Positions 1 through 3,879 of a stretch of 3,879 bases of DNA are shown here, piece by piece. This DNA comes from a virus (Duplodnaviria > Heunggongvirae > Uroviricota > Caudoviricetes). The position numbers were made by a program, and so were the translations under genes. Location: IMG/VR virus record IMGVR_UViG_2740892235_000014; one strand, given 5' to 3'. Under the pieces are notes generated by a model, which worked only from the letters and a program-made list of their open reading frames with translations, did no database searches and was not told the origin of the DNA. How positions within the stretch are numbered: the stretch's first letter is position 1; the number at the start of each line of letters is the position of its first letter.

Positions 1-1218
1 ATGAACAAACTGAGCGATACCTTGCTAAGGAAACTTCATGGTAAGCCAGCGGAGAAAAACACGTTTTATAGCGATGGCGGAAATCTGAGCGTGAAATATT
101 TAACATCAGGGAAATTAACCTGGTATTTCACTTACAGGGCAGGAACGGGAAGAGAGACACGACCGGAACGTATTAAGCTGGGAAATTATCCTGATCTGAG
201 CCTGAAAGCAGCCAGGGAAAAAGCCGCCCAGTGTCGCGCATGGCTGGCGGAGGGGAAAAATCCACGCCATGAGATGAATTACGCCGTACAGGAAGCGTTA
301 AAGCCGGTAACGGTTGGCGATGCGCTCACCTACTGGCTTGAGTCGTACGTAAAGGAAAACCGCGTGGATTATATCGCCCTGAAAAGGCGACTTAATAATC
401 ACGTAATACAGTACATTGGCGCTATGCCGCTGGATAAATGCGAGCTACGGCACTGGCTGGCCTGTTTTGACCAGGTGGCAAAGCGAACACCTGTTACTGC
501 CGGATTCGTGCTACAGACATGCAAGCAGGCGCTTAAGTTCTGCCGGAGGCGGCGCTTTGCAATCAGCAACGTTCTCGATGATCTGAACGTGGCGGACGTT
601 GGGAAAAAACCGGATATAAGCGAACGTGTCTTAAGCACCAAAGAACTGGGCGAGTTATTGCAGGCGCTGGATAAAAAAATATTTTCTCCTTACTACGTCG
701 CGTTAATCCGCCTCCTGATTGTCTTCGGAGCCAGGACGGTAGAACTGAGGTTATCGGAGATCAGCGAGTGGGATTTTACCGAAATGCTATGGACCGTTCC
801 GAAGGAGCACAGCAAAACGAAGGTTGCAATATTCCGGCCCATACCGGAAGCGATCCTGCCGTTCGTCACGCGGCTGGTGGACCAGAACAGGCACACGGGC
901 TTATTACTGGGGGAAGTGAAACAGGAGGCTAGCGTATCGCAGTACGGCAGATTAGCGCACAGGAGGCTAAAACACCCTCAATGGTCATTGCATGACATCC
1001 GGCGCACCTTTACAACCATGCTGAACGATTTAGGCGTTGATCCTCACGTCGTGGAGCAGCTTACAGGCCACCAGATGCCAGGAATGCAACGCGTGTACAA
1101 CCATTCCCGCTATATTGATGCGAAACGCAATGCGCTTGATATGTGGGTGGAGCGGTTGGAGATACTGGCGGGAACACATGAAAACGTAACCACGCTACCA
1201 GTAACCAGAATAAAATAA
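1..1218 (+). CDS. int: Site-specific tyrosine recombinase / integrase, P4-like family (405 aa)
   Basis: 405-codon ORF starting at the window edge. N-terminus (KNTFYSDGGNLSVKY...WYFTYR) resembles the arm-binding domain of P4-type integrases. C-terminus has the catalytic pattern: GARTVELRLSE (Arg), HDIRRTF (His-x-x-Arg), LTGHQ, and RVYNHSRY (candidate Tyr nucleophile). The true start could lie a few codons upstream of the window. Confidence 0.9.
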   Translation: MNKLSDTLLRKLHGKPAEKNTFYSDGGNLSVKYLTSGKLTWYFTYRAGTGRETRPERIKLGNYPDLSLKAAREKAAQCRAWLAEGKNPRHEMNYAVQEALKPVTVGDALTYWLESYVKENRVDYIALKRRLNNHVIQYIGAMPLDKCELRHWLACFDQVAKRTPVTAGFVLQTCKQALKFCRRRRFAISNVLDDLNVADVGKKPDISERVLSTKELGELLQALDKKIFSPYYVALIRLLIVFGARTVELRLSEISEWDFTEMLWTVPKEHSKTKVAIFRPIPEAILPFVTRLVDQNRHTGLLLGEVKQEASVSQYGRLAHRRLKHPQWSLHDIRRTFTTMLNDLGVDPHVVEQLTGHQMPGMQRVYNHSRYIDAKRNALDMWVERLEILAGTHENVTTLPVTRIK

Positions 1219-1235
1219 TTTTTTTCGTGTTTTTT

Positions 1236-1251
1236 CAGTATGCGCATACTG
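1236..1251. promoter_or_regulatory. Perfect 16-bp palindrome CAGTATGCGCATACTG immediately downstream of the int stop codon
   Basis: Read directly: the reverse complement equals itself. Preceded by two T6 runs. Function (protein-binding site or hairpin) is unknown. Confidence 0.4.
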
Positions 1252-1261
1252 GATAAGTGCA

Positions 1262-1310
1262 CAGATACAACGTGAAACAATGTGCAACAACGTGACACAA
1301 TCACGAACAA
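1262..1310. repeat. Array of about five 10-bp phased repeats (units ending in ACAA; consensus near YGTGMMACAA)
   Basis: ACAA recurs at 1267, 1277, 1287, 1297 and 1307, exactly 10 bp apart, with CGTG/TGTG cores in between. Helical-phase spacing suggests a protein-binding array (Int arm-type or AlpA/Vis sites). Confidence 0.5.
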
Positions 1311-1407
1311 GAGGCCAAAAAGAATACAGATTTGTAAGTTGCTGATTTTTAATGCTCAGCTGGTTTTTTATACATTAGTGAATTACGCGTTAAAGTGTGC
1401 GAAAAAA

Positions 1408-1438
1408 GGCATAAAACAAGATTTTATGCCTTTGTATT
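1408..1438. terminator. Putative bidirectional intrinsic terminator between int and alpA
   Basis: 9-bp stem GGCATAAAA / TTTTATGCC (1408-1416 / 1422-1430) with a 5-nt loop, flanked by an A6 run upstream and TTTGTATT downstream. The stem is AT-rich, so strength is uncertain. Confidence 0.45.
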
Positions 1439-1502
1439 AACATGAATTTAAATGATTTTATCCTGATTATTCCTCTTTCTGTAAACCATGCGACACCAAC
1501 AT

Positions 1503-1531
1503 TTGCCAACTCTGAATCATCCTGACACAAT
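1503..1531 (+). promoter_or_regulatory. Candidate sigma70 promoter for alpA (TTGCCA -17- CACAAT)
   Basis: -35 TTGCCA at 1503-1508, 17-nt spacer, -10 CACAAT at 1526-1531, about 60 nt upstream of the alpA start. The -10 is weak and alternatives exist. Confidence 0.3.
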
Positions 1532-1563
1532 CAGACACATCCCAACGCAATAGAACACGAAAT
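1524..1563. repeat. Second 10-bp phased repeat array (GACAC / GACAC / AACGC / AACAC) overlapping the candidate alpA promoter
   Basis: The pentamers start at 1524, 1534, 1544 and 1554. TGACACAATCA also occurs in the first array (1293-1303) and here (1523-1533). Confidence 0.4.
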
Positions 1564-1592
1564 AACTCTTTAAGAAACGAAAGGGGGCAATA

Positions 1593-1781
1593 GTGTTAAG
1601 CACTGATCGGTTTATACGTGAAAAAGAATGCGAAAAGCTAACAGGCCTTAGCCGCTCATGCCGCTACCGCCTGGAAAAGGCCGGACAATTCCCATCACGT
1701 CGTAAACTTGGTGGGCGTTCTGTTGGCTGGTCTTTATCTGAGGTTTTGGCCTGGAAGGATAGCTGCAAGGCAGTTCACTAA
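1593..1781 (+). CDS. alpA: AlpA / Vis-family phage transcriptional regulator / excisionase-like DNA-binding protein (62 aa, GTG start)
   Basis: SD AAGGGGG at 1581-1587, 5 nt before GTG at 1593. The protein (EKLTGLSRSCRYRLEKAGQFPSRRKLGGRSVGWSLSEVLAW) matches the AlpA family pattern as I remember it: KTG-x-R-x-T-x-Y, FP, then LG-x-(R/K)-SVGW and a conserved W. Position right after int is typical. Confidence 0.85.
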   Translation: MLSTDRFIREKECEKLTGLSRSCRYRLEKAGQFPSRRKLGGRSVGWSLSEVLAWKDSCKAVH

Positions 1782-1922
1782 AAAGACTGGCGGCACACAG
1801 TCGCCACACATCCACTAATACAGAGATATAACTATGAAGATTGAATATGCGCCCGAACGTGGGCGGGGATTCGTTCGCCCTGGTGAAACTGAAAAACAAC
1901 AAAATTGGGGTTTTTCAGGCAT

Positions 1923-1950
1923 AAAAAAAGCGGCCCCGATATGGAGCCGC
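1923..1950 (-). terminator. Putative intrinsic terminator for the minus-strand small-gene transcript ending at 2025
   Basis: Hairpin GCGGCCCC-GATAT-GGAGCCGC (1930-1950, 8-bp stem with one mismatch). On the minus strand it is followed by a T7 run (complement of A7 at 1923-1929). It lies about 75 nt downstream of the 2025 stop. Confidence 0.5.
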
Positions 1951-2024
1951 CTTTCTGAACAATTAACCTGCTGCGCCTTATGTGTATGTGATCCCAAACA
2001 TAAGCACGGGAATGATAGCCGCTA

Positions 2025-2228
2025 TCAGGCTGGTGGGCAATTACCTTGCTTGTTGGGGCCGTATTGTGCTGCCATTTTCATCCGTTCAGAACGTGAATAT
2101 TTTTTTAGAAACTCATCAAGGACAAAAGCGCATGGAGCGAATCTTTCTGATTCATGCTCGAGCGCCATATTTTCGTGCTCTCTGTTCGTTTTTTGCGATG
2201 GTGTATTGGTTGATTCTTTATTGGTCAT
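2025..2228 (-). CDS. Hypothetical small protein (67 aa), paralog of the 2685-2912 ORF
   Basis: Minus-strand ORF starting MTNK. It shares the N-terminal MTN and a C-terminal motif FVLDEFLKKY (FALEDFVDKY in the paralog). It is preceded by the conserved 44-bp family A leader. No recognisable domain. Confidence 0.5.
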   Translation of the reverse strand: MTNKESTNTPSQKTNREHENMALEHESERFAPCAFVLDEFLKKYSRSERMKMAAQYGPNKQGNCPPA

Positions 2229-2236
2229 TGTGTGTA

Positions 2237-2280
2237 CCTGTAAAGCAATGCGCCGGAGTTCCTCACGCCACGGCGCTGAT
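2237..2280. repeat. Family A conserved leader element, copy 1 (44 bp, internal hairpin GCGCCG-N15-CGGCGC)
   Basis: 41/44 identical to 2921-2964. It lies 9 nt upstream of the minus-strand start codon at 2228. On the plus strand the hairpin is followed by TGATGTTTTTTATTCTTT. Confidence 0.65.
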
Positions 2281-2285
2281 GTTTT

Positions 2286-2390
2286 TTATTCTTTGGGTTC
2301 AATACCGCGTTGCTGTAATTCTTTTCGGATTATTCGTTTTATCCAAGCAGCTAAAGAGTCATCACCGTCTTGTTGTTGTGCTTTTTCCAT
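2286..2390 (-). CDS. Possible small ORF (34 aa, MEKAQQQDGDDSLAAWIKRIIRKELQQRGIEPKE)
   Basis: Found by manual translation of the minus strand; it is below the ORF-track size cutoff. Charged, helical-looking composition, weak SD (GGGAAAAG), and its stop abuts the family A copy 1 region. Could be spurious. Confidence 0.25.
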   Translation of the reverse strand: MEKAQQQDGDDSLAAWIKRIIRKELQQRGIEPKE

Positions 2391-2458
2391 CTTTTCCCGT
2401 AAGTCAGGATCTAAACGGAACTGGAAAGGAGGATTACCACGCCTTTCATTTTTGTGTG

Positions 2459-2486
2459 TTGACACGTCAATTACACTCCATATAAT
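2459..2486 (+). promoter_or_regulatory. Consensus sigma70 promoter P1 (TTGACA -16- TATAAT), plus strand, antisense to the minus-strand cluster
   Basis: -35 TTGACA at 2459-2464, 16-nt spacer, -10 TATAAT at 2481-2486; both hexamers match consensus exactly. Confidence 0.55.
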
Positions 2487-2492
2487 GTGTTT

Positions 2493-2508
2493 ATGTGTAT
2501 ATACACAT
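2493..2508. promoter_or_regulatory. Perfect 16-bp palindrome ATGTGTATATACACAT at the predicted transcription start of P1 (operator-like)
   Basis: Read directly; the reverse complement is identical. It sits 7 nt downstream of the -10 hexamer. Confidence 0.5.
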
Positions 2509-2530
2509 TACACACAACTAGCACAAAAAA

Positions 2531-2645
2531 CAACGCCCCGCAGTGATGGGAACACATACGGGGCGTCTAACCAAACCATTAATTGAGGAACGATTATGGC
2601 TATAAAAGAGCATAGCTTACTCTTTATACACACACAAACGCCCCG
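2531..2645 (+). repeat. Family B module, copy 1: leader hairpin + TCTAACCAA + SD + ATG + about 16 codons (MAIKEHSLLFIHTQTP), homologous to 3279-3390
   Basis: Hairpin ACGCCCCG / CGGGGCGT (2533-2540 / 2559-2566), SD GAGGAA at 2585-2590, ATG at 2596, then TACACACACAAACG. It aligns block-for-block with copy 2. The downstream 240-codon reading frame looks like antisense junk (S/C/R-rich) running across the minus-strand genes. Confidence 0.6.
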
Positions 2646-2684
2646 GAAACGGAATAATCCGTTTCATAGTTCGGTTTTGTGCAC

Positions 2685-2912
2685 TCATCCTGGCGGTCGG
2701 TTTTTGCCGGATTTAAGCCGCCGTGGGTATTTATCGACAAAATCTTCAAGGGCAAATTTTTCTGGTGGCACTAAGCGCGGCGCTGGTGGTGGTATTTTTG
2801 TTCTGGTTAGTTCTTCCTCAAGTCTGGCGCAGGCTTCTGACTGCCTTTGCCGGATGATTTCATCATCTTGCGTTTGCGTGTCTTGTATTGGTGATAGTGT
2901 GTTGTTGGTCAT
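2685..2912 (-). CDS. Hypothetical small protein (75 aa), paralog of the 2025-2228 ORF; probably co-transcribed with the upstream RHH gene
   Basis: Minus-strand ORF starting MTNN, with an acidic, proline-rich middle and the C-terminal motif FALEDFVDKY. Preceded by family A copy 2. No recognisable domain. Confidence 0.55.
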   Translation of the reverse strand: MTNNTLSPIQDTQTQDDEIIRQRQSEACARLEEELTRTKIPPPAPRLVPPEKFALEDFVDKYPRRLKSGKNRPPG

Positions 2913-2920
2913 GATACTGC

Positions 2921-2964
2921 CCTGTAAAGCAATGCGCCGTAGTACCTCACACCACGGCGCTGAT
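2921..2964. repeat. Family A conserved leader element, copy 2 (44 bp, hairpin GCGCCG-N15-CGGCGC)
   Basis: 41/44 identical to 2237-2280. It lies between the RHH stop (2970) and the start codon at 2912. Confidence 0.65.
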
Positions 2965-2969
2965 AGTGA

Positions 2970-3149
2970 TTATTCTGATTCTTTGGCCTTGCGGCGCTGG
3001 CGGCGTTTGATCTCGCCTTCAAGTGCCGAAACGATAAATTGCCCTGTACTTTCGCCATCTTCCTTTAAATTTTCTACAGCATCAGCTATTGCGTGTGGTA
3101 CTCGAGCCTCAAGCTTTTTGGATTTTGCATTAACTGCTTTTGTTGCCAT
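2970..3149 (-). CDS. Arc-type ribbon-helix-helix DNA-binding protein (59 aa), putative transcriptional repressor
   Basis: Internal start ATG at 3149 with SD GAGGAA 8 nt upstream. The protein MATKAVNAKSKKLEARVPHAIADAVENLKEDGESTGQFIVSALEGEIKRRQRRKAKESE aligns with phage P22 Arc as I remember it: RWP-REVLDLVRKVAEENG-RSVNSEIYQRV versus RVP-HAIADAVENLKEDG-ESTGQFIVSAL. The 106-aa extension in the ORF track has no SD and a hydrophobic junk-like N-terminus. Confidence 0.7.
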   Translation of the reverse strand: MATKAVNAKSKKLEARVPHAIADAVENLKEDGESTGQFIVSALEGEIKRRQRRKAKESE

Positions 3150-3170
3150 ATCTGATTTCCTCGTTATTAG

Positions 3171-3251
3171 GTGGCTGACAGTATACACACAAGAAAACGG
3201 AAAAACACTATTGACGTGGCTGACACCCGTTACTAATATAGTGGCTGACAC
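3171..3251. promoter_or_regulatory. Three direct repeats of GTGGCTGACA (3171-3180, 3216-3225, 3241-3250): candidate operator array
   Basis: Exact 10-mer three times in the divergent intergenic region. Copy 2 lies in the spacer of promoter P2 and copy 3 at its predicted transcription start. RHH proteins typically bind direct or inverted repeat arrays. Confidence 0.5.
3211..3239 (+). promoter_or_regulatory. Sigma70 promoter P2 (TTGACG -17- TAATAT) for the plus-strand operon
   Basis: -35 TTGACG at 3211-3216, 17-nt spacer, -10 TAATAT at 3234-3239. It has the same position relative to the family B hairpin and ATG as P1 has in copy 1. Confidence 0.55.
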
Positions 3252-3278
3252 CTTTATCAAGGTAATCGATGAAAAGAC

Positions 3279-3390
3279 AAAGCCCCGCAAGTGTCGTTAC
3301 CACTCGCAGGGCTTCTAACCAACAACGTAAACTAGGAGCCGTTATGGTTGCTGTAAATCATATACCACACCTTGTACACACACAAACGGC
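3279..3390 (+). repeat. Family B module, copy 2: leader hairpin + TCTAACCAA + SD + ATG + first codons of the Icd-like ORF
   Basis: Imperfect 14-bp stem AAGCCCCGCAAGTG / CACTCGCAGGGCTT (3280-3293 / 3301-3314, 12/14 paired) with a 7-nt loop, SD AGGAG at 3334-3338, ATG at 3344, then TACACACACAAACG. Confidence 0.6.
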
Positions 3391-3541
3391 CTTTGTGTGG
3401 CGTTTTCTGGCACTGAGTGCCGGAGAATCTCAAATCATCCACGTAACCGCCTGGACGGAACGCGAAGCGCGTAACCGTTGCCCGTCCGGTTGTGTTGCTG
3501 TATTTGCCGCCCGTATTCGTCAGGAGGTGCGCCATGATTAA
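3344..3541 (+). CDS. Small protein (65 aa), tentatively Icd-like (host cell division inhibitor-like / P4 Ash-region type)
   Basis: SD AGGAG 5 nt before ATG at 3344. The protein MVAVNHIPHLVHTQTAFVWRFLALSAGESQIIHVTAWTEREARNRCPSGCVAVFAARIRQEVRHD fits my recollection of Icd-like proteins (VW-F-A, TE-EAR, V-FA-R); this is unverified. The alternative upstream start at 3269 (90 aa) has a weaker SD. Confidence 0.5.
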   Translation: MVAVNHIPHLVHTQTAFVWRFLALSAGESQIIHVTAWTEREARNRCPSGCVAVFAARIRQEVRHD

Positions 3542-3746
3542 TCTGTCACTTACTGACCTTAACCGCATTCAGTTTCGTGAGAAATTCACAGGGCAGCTAC
3601 TGGTCAATGTGGATAAAGGTCGCGTGGTGTGTAATTACCACTTACCAGATGAAGCAATTGTCGCCACAAGGGAATCATTACAGGAAATCACAAAACGTGC
3701 CGGAATGATTAACACGAATATTCAGGGGATGCTTTATGCACAATAA
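3534..3746 (+). CDS. Hypothetical protein (70 aa), translationally coupled to the upstream ORF
   Basis: Strong SD AGGAGG at 3523-3528, 5 nt before ATG at 3534. The start overlaps the upstream stop as ATGATTAA. The protein MINLSLTDLNRIQFREKFTGQLLVNVDKGRVV... has a balanced composition; no family recognised. The GTG at 3492 used by the ORF track lacks an SD. Confidence 0.6.
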   Translation: MINLSLTDLNRIQFREKFTGQLLVNVDKGRVVCNYHLPDEAIVATRESLQEITKRAGMINTNIQGMLYAQ

Positions 3747-3820
3747 AACCACACCGGACGCAGCCGCCGAAGCCATCAAAACGCTGATGCACGCGCTGAT
3801 TGATATTTCTGTTATCGCGG
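3736..3820 (+). CDS. 5' end of a further ORF (MHNKTTPDAAAEAIKTLMHALIDISVIA...), interrupted by the assembly gap
   Basis: ATG at 3736 overlaps the upstream stop at 3744-3746, with SD-like AGGGGA at 3724-3729. The frame is open until the N run, so the true length is unknown. Confidence 0.35.
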
Positions 3821-3830
3821 NNNNNNNNNN
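3821..3830. other. Assembly gap (10 N)
   Basis: Ten consecutive n characters. Contiguity and reading frame of 3831-3879 relative to the upstream sequence cannot be assumed. Confidence 1.
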
Positions 3831-3879
3831 CGATTATACTCGGTCAGACTTTTCGCCAGTTGAATGCGCCAGTGGATGA

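Larger units (their letters stand above)
1..3879. mobile_element. Integrase-proximal end of a P4-like / PICI-like integrative island (int-alpA module plus regulatory region); attachment site and flanking tRNA not in window
   Basis: Co-oriented P4-family integrase and AlpA-family regulator, followed by phage-style small regulatory genes, consensus promoters and operator-like repeats. Inference from gene content only. Confidence 0.55.

Noticed and set aside
399-1310. Minus-strand ORFs at 399-641, 693-896 and 1110-1310
   Set aside because: They lie inside or overlap the well-supported integrase gene on the opposite strand and look like antisense artefacts.
1341-1369. Second terminator-like structure (GCTGA-N10-TCAGC followed by a T6 run)
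   Set aside because: The stem is only 5 bp with a 10-nt loop, too weak to call, although the T run is good.
1648-1997. Minus-strand ORFs at 1648-1902 and 1815-1997
   Set aside because: The first overlaps alpA antisense; both lack an SD and have junk-like composition.
1982-2485. 167-aa plus-strand ORF
   Set aside because: Overlaps better-supported minus-strand ORFs, has a hydrophobic low-complexity composition and no SD.
1834-2586. 250-aa plus-strand ORF downstream of alpA
   Set aside because: No convincing SD, a cysteine/serine-rich junk-like translation, and it contains the minus-strand terminator hairpin and runs antisense to the 67-aa and 34-aa ORFs. The shared peptide CKAMRRS..HGAD with the 2596 frame just reflects the family A nucleotide repeat.
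2237-2964. Family A repeats as REP/ERIC-type intergenic repeats or integron attC sites
   Set aside because: The sequence does not match REP or ERIC consensus as I remember them, there are only two copies and both are fixed relative to a start codon. No integron integrase or attC core sites are visible.
2970-3149. RHH gene plus the downstream 75-aa gene as a type II toxin-antitoxin pair
   Set aside because: The downstream protein resembles no toxin fold I know (RelE/ParE/MazF/CcdB), the genes are separated by a 55-nt structured leader rather than overlapping, and there is a paralogous second copy without its own RHH. Repressor plus regulated cargo fits better.
2596-3318. 240-aa plus-strand ORF with a good SD and ATG at 2596
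   Set aside because: It runs antisense across the RHH and 75-aa genes, which have better coding character, and its product is S/C/R/L-rich low-complexity sequence typical of antisense frames. Only the first ~16 codons are conserved, as part of the family B module.
3269-3343. Upstream ATG at 3269 extending the Icd-like ORF to 90 aa
   Set aside because: Its SD is weaker than the AGGAG before 3344, it would translate through the leader hairpin, and homology with copy 1 starts at the 3344-type ATG. Not excluded.
3332-3568. 78-aa minus-strand ORF
   Set aside because: Antisense to two plus-strand ORFs that have strong SD sequences and translational coupling; no SD of its own.
1-3879. CRISPR array, tRNA/rRNA genes, transposase or IS elements
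   Set aside because: No regularly spaced repeat-spacer array, no cloverleaf-like tRNA candidate, and no large ORF with transposase features were found.

Overview
This window looks like the integrase-proximal end of a P4-like / PICI-type integrative element from an enterobacterial-style genome, followed by a compact regulatory region. The plus strand carries a complete P4-family tyrosine integrase (1-1218) and an AlpA/Vis-family regulator (1593-1781). The minus strand then carries a cluster of small genes: an Arc-type ribbon-helix-helix regulator (3149->2970), two divergent paralogous small proteins (2912->2685 and 2228->2025) and a possible 34-aa ORF. A plus-strand operon starts at 3344 with a small protein I tentatively call Icd-like, followed by two translationally coupled ORFs, and runs into a 10-N assembly gap (3821-3830). 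The most interesting signals are two families of repeated non-coding modules. Family B is a near-consensus sigma70 promoter, a structured leader hairpin, an SD and the first ~16 codons, present twice (2459-2645 and 3211-3390), with the first copy pointing antisense into the minus-strand cluster. This resembles the antisense-RNA immunity leaders of phage P1 (c4-icd-ant) and satellite P4 (CI RNA). Family A is a 44-bp element with an internal hairpin, 41/44 identical, sitting just upstream of the start codon of each paralogous small gene. No tRNA, rRNA, CRISPR array or transposase is visible. All calls come from reading the sequence and from remembered family features; no database search was run.
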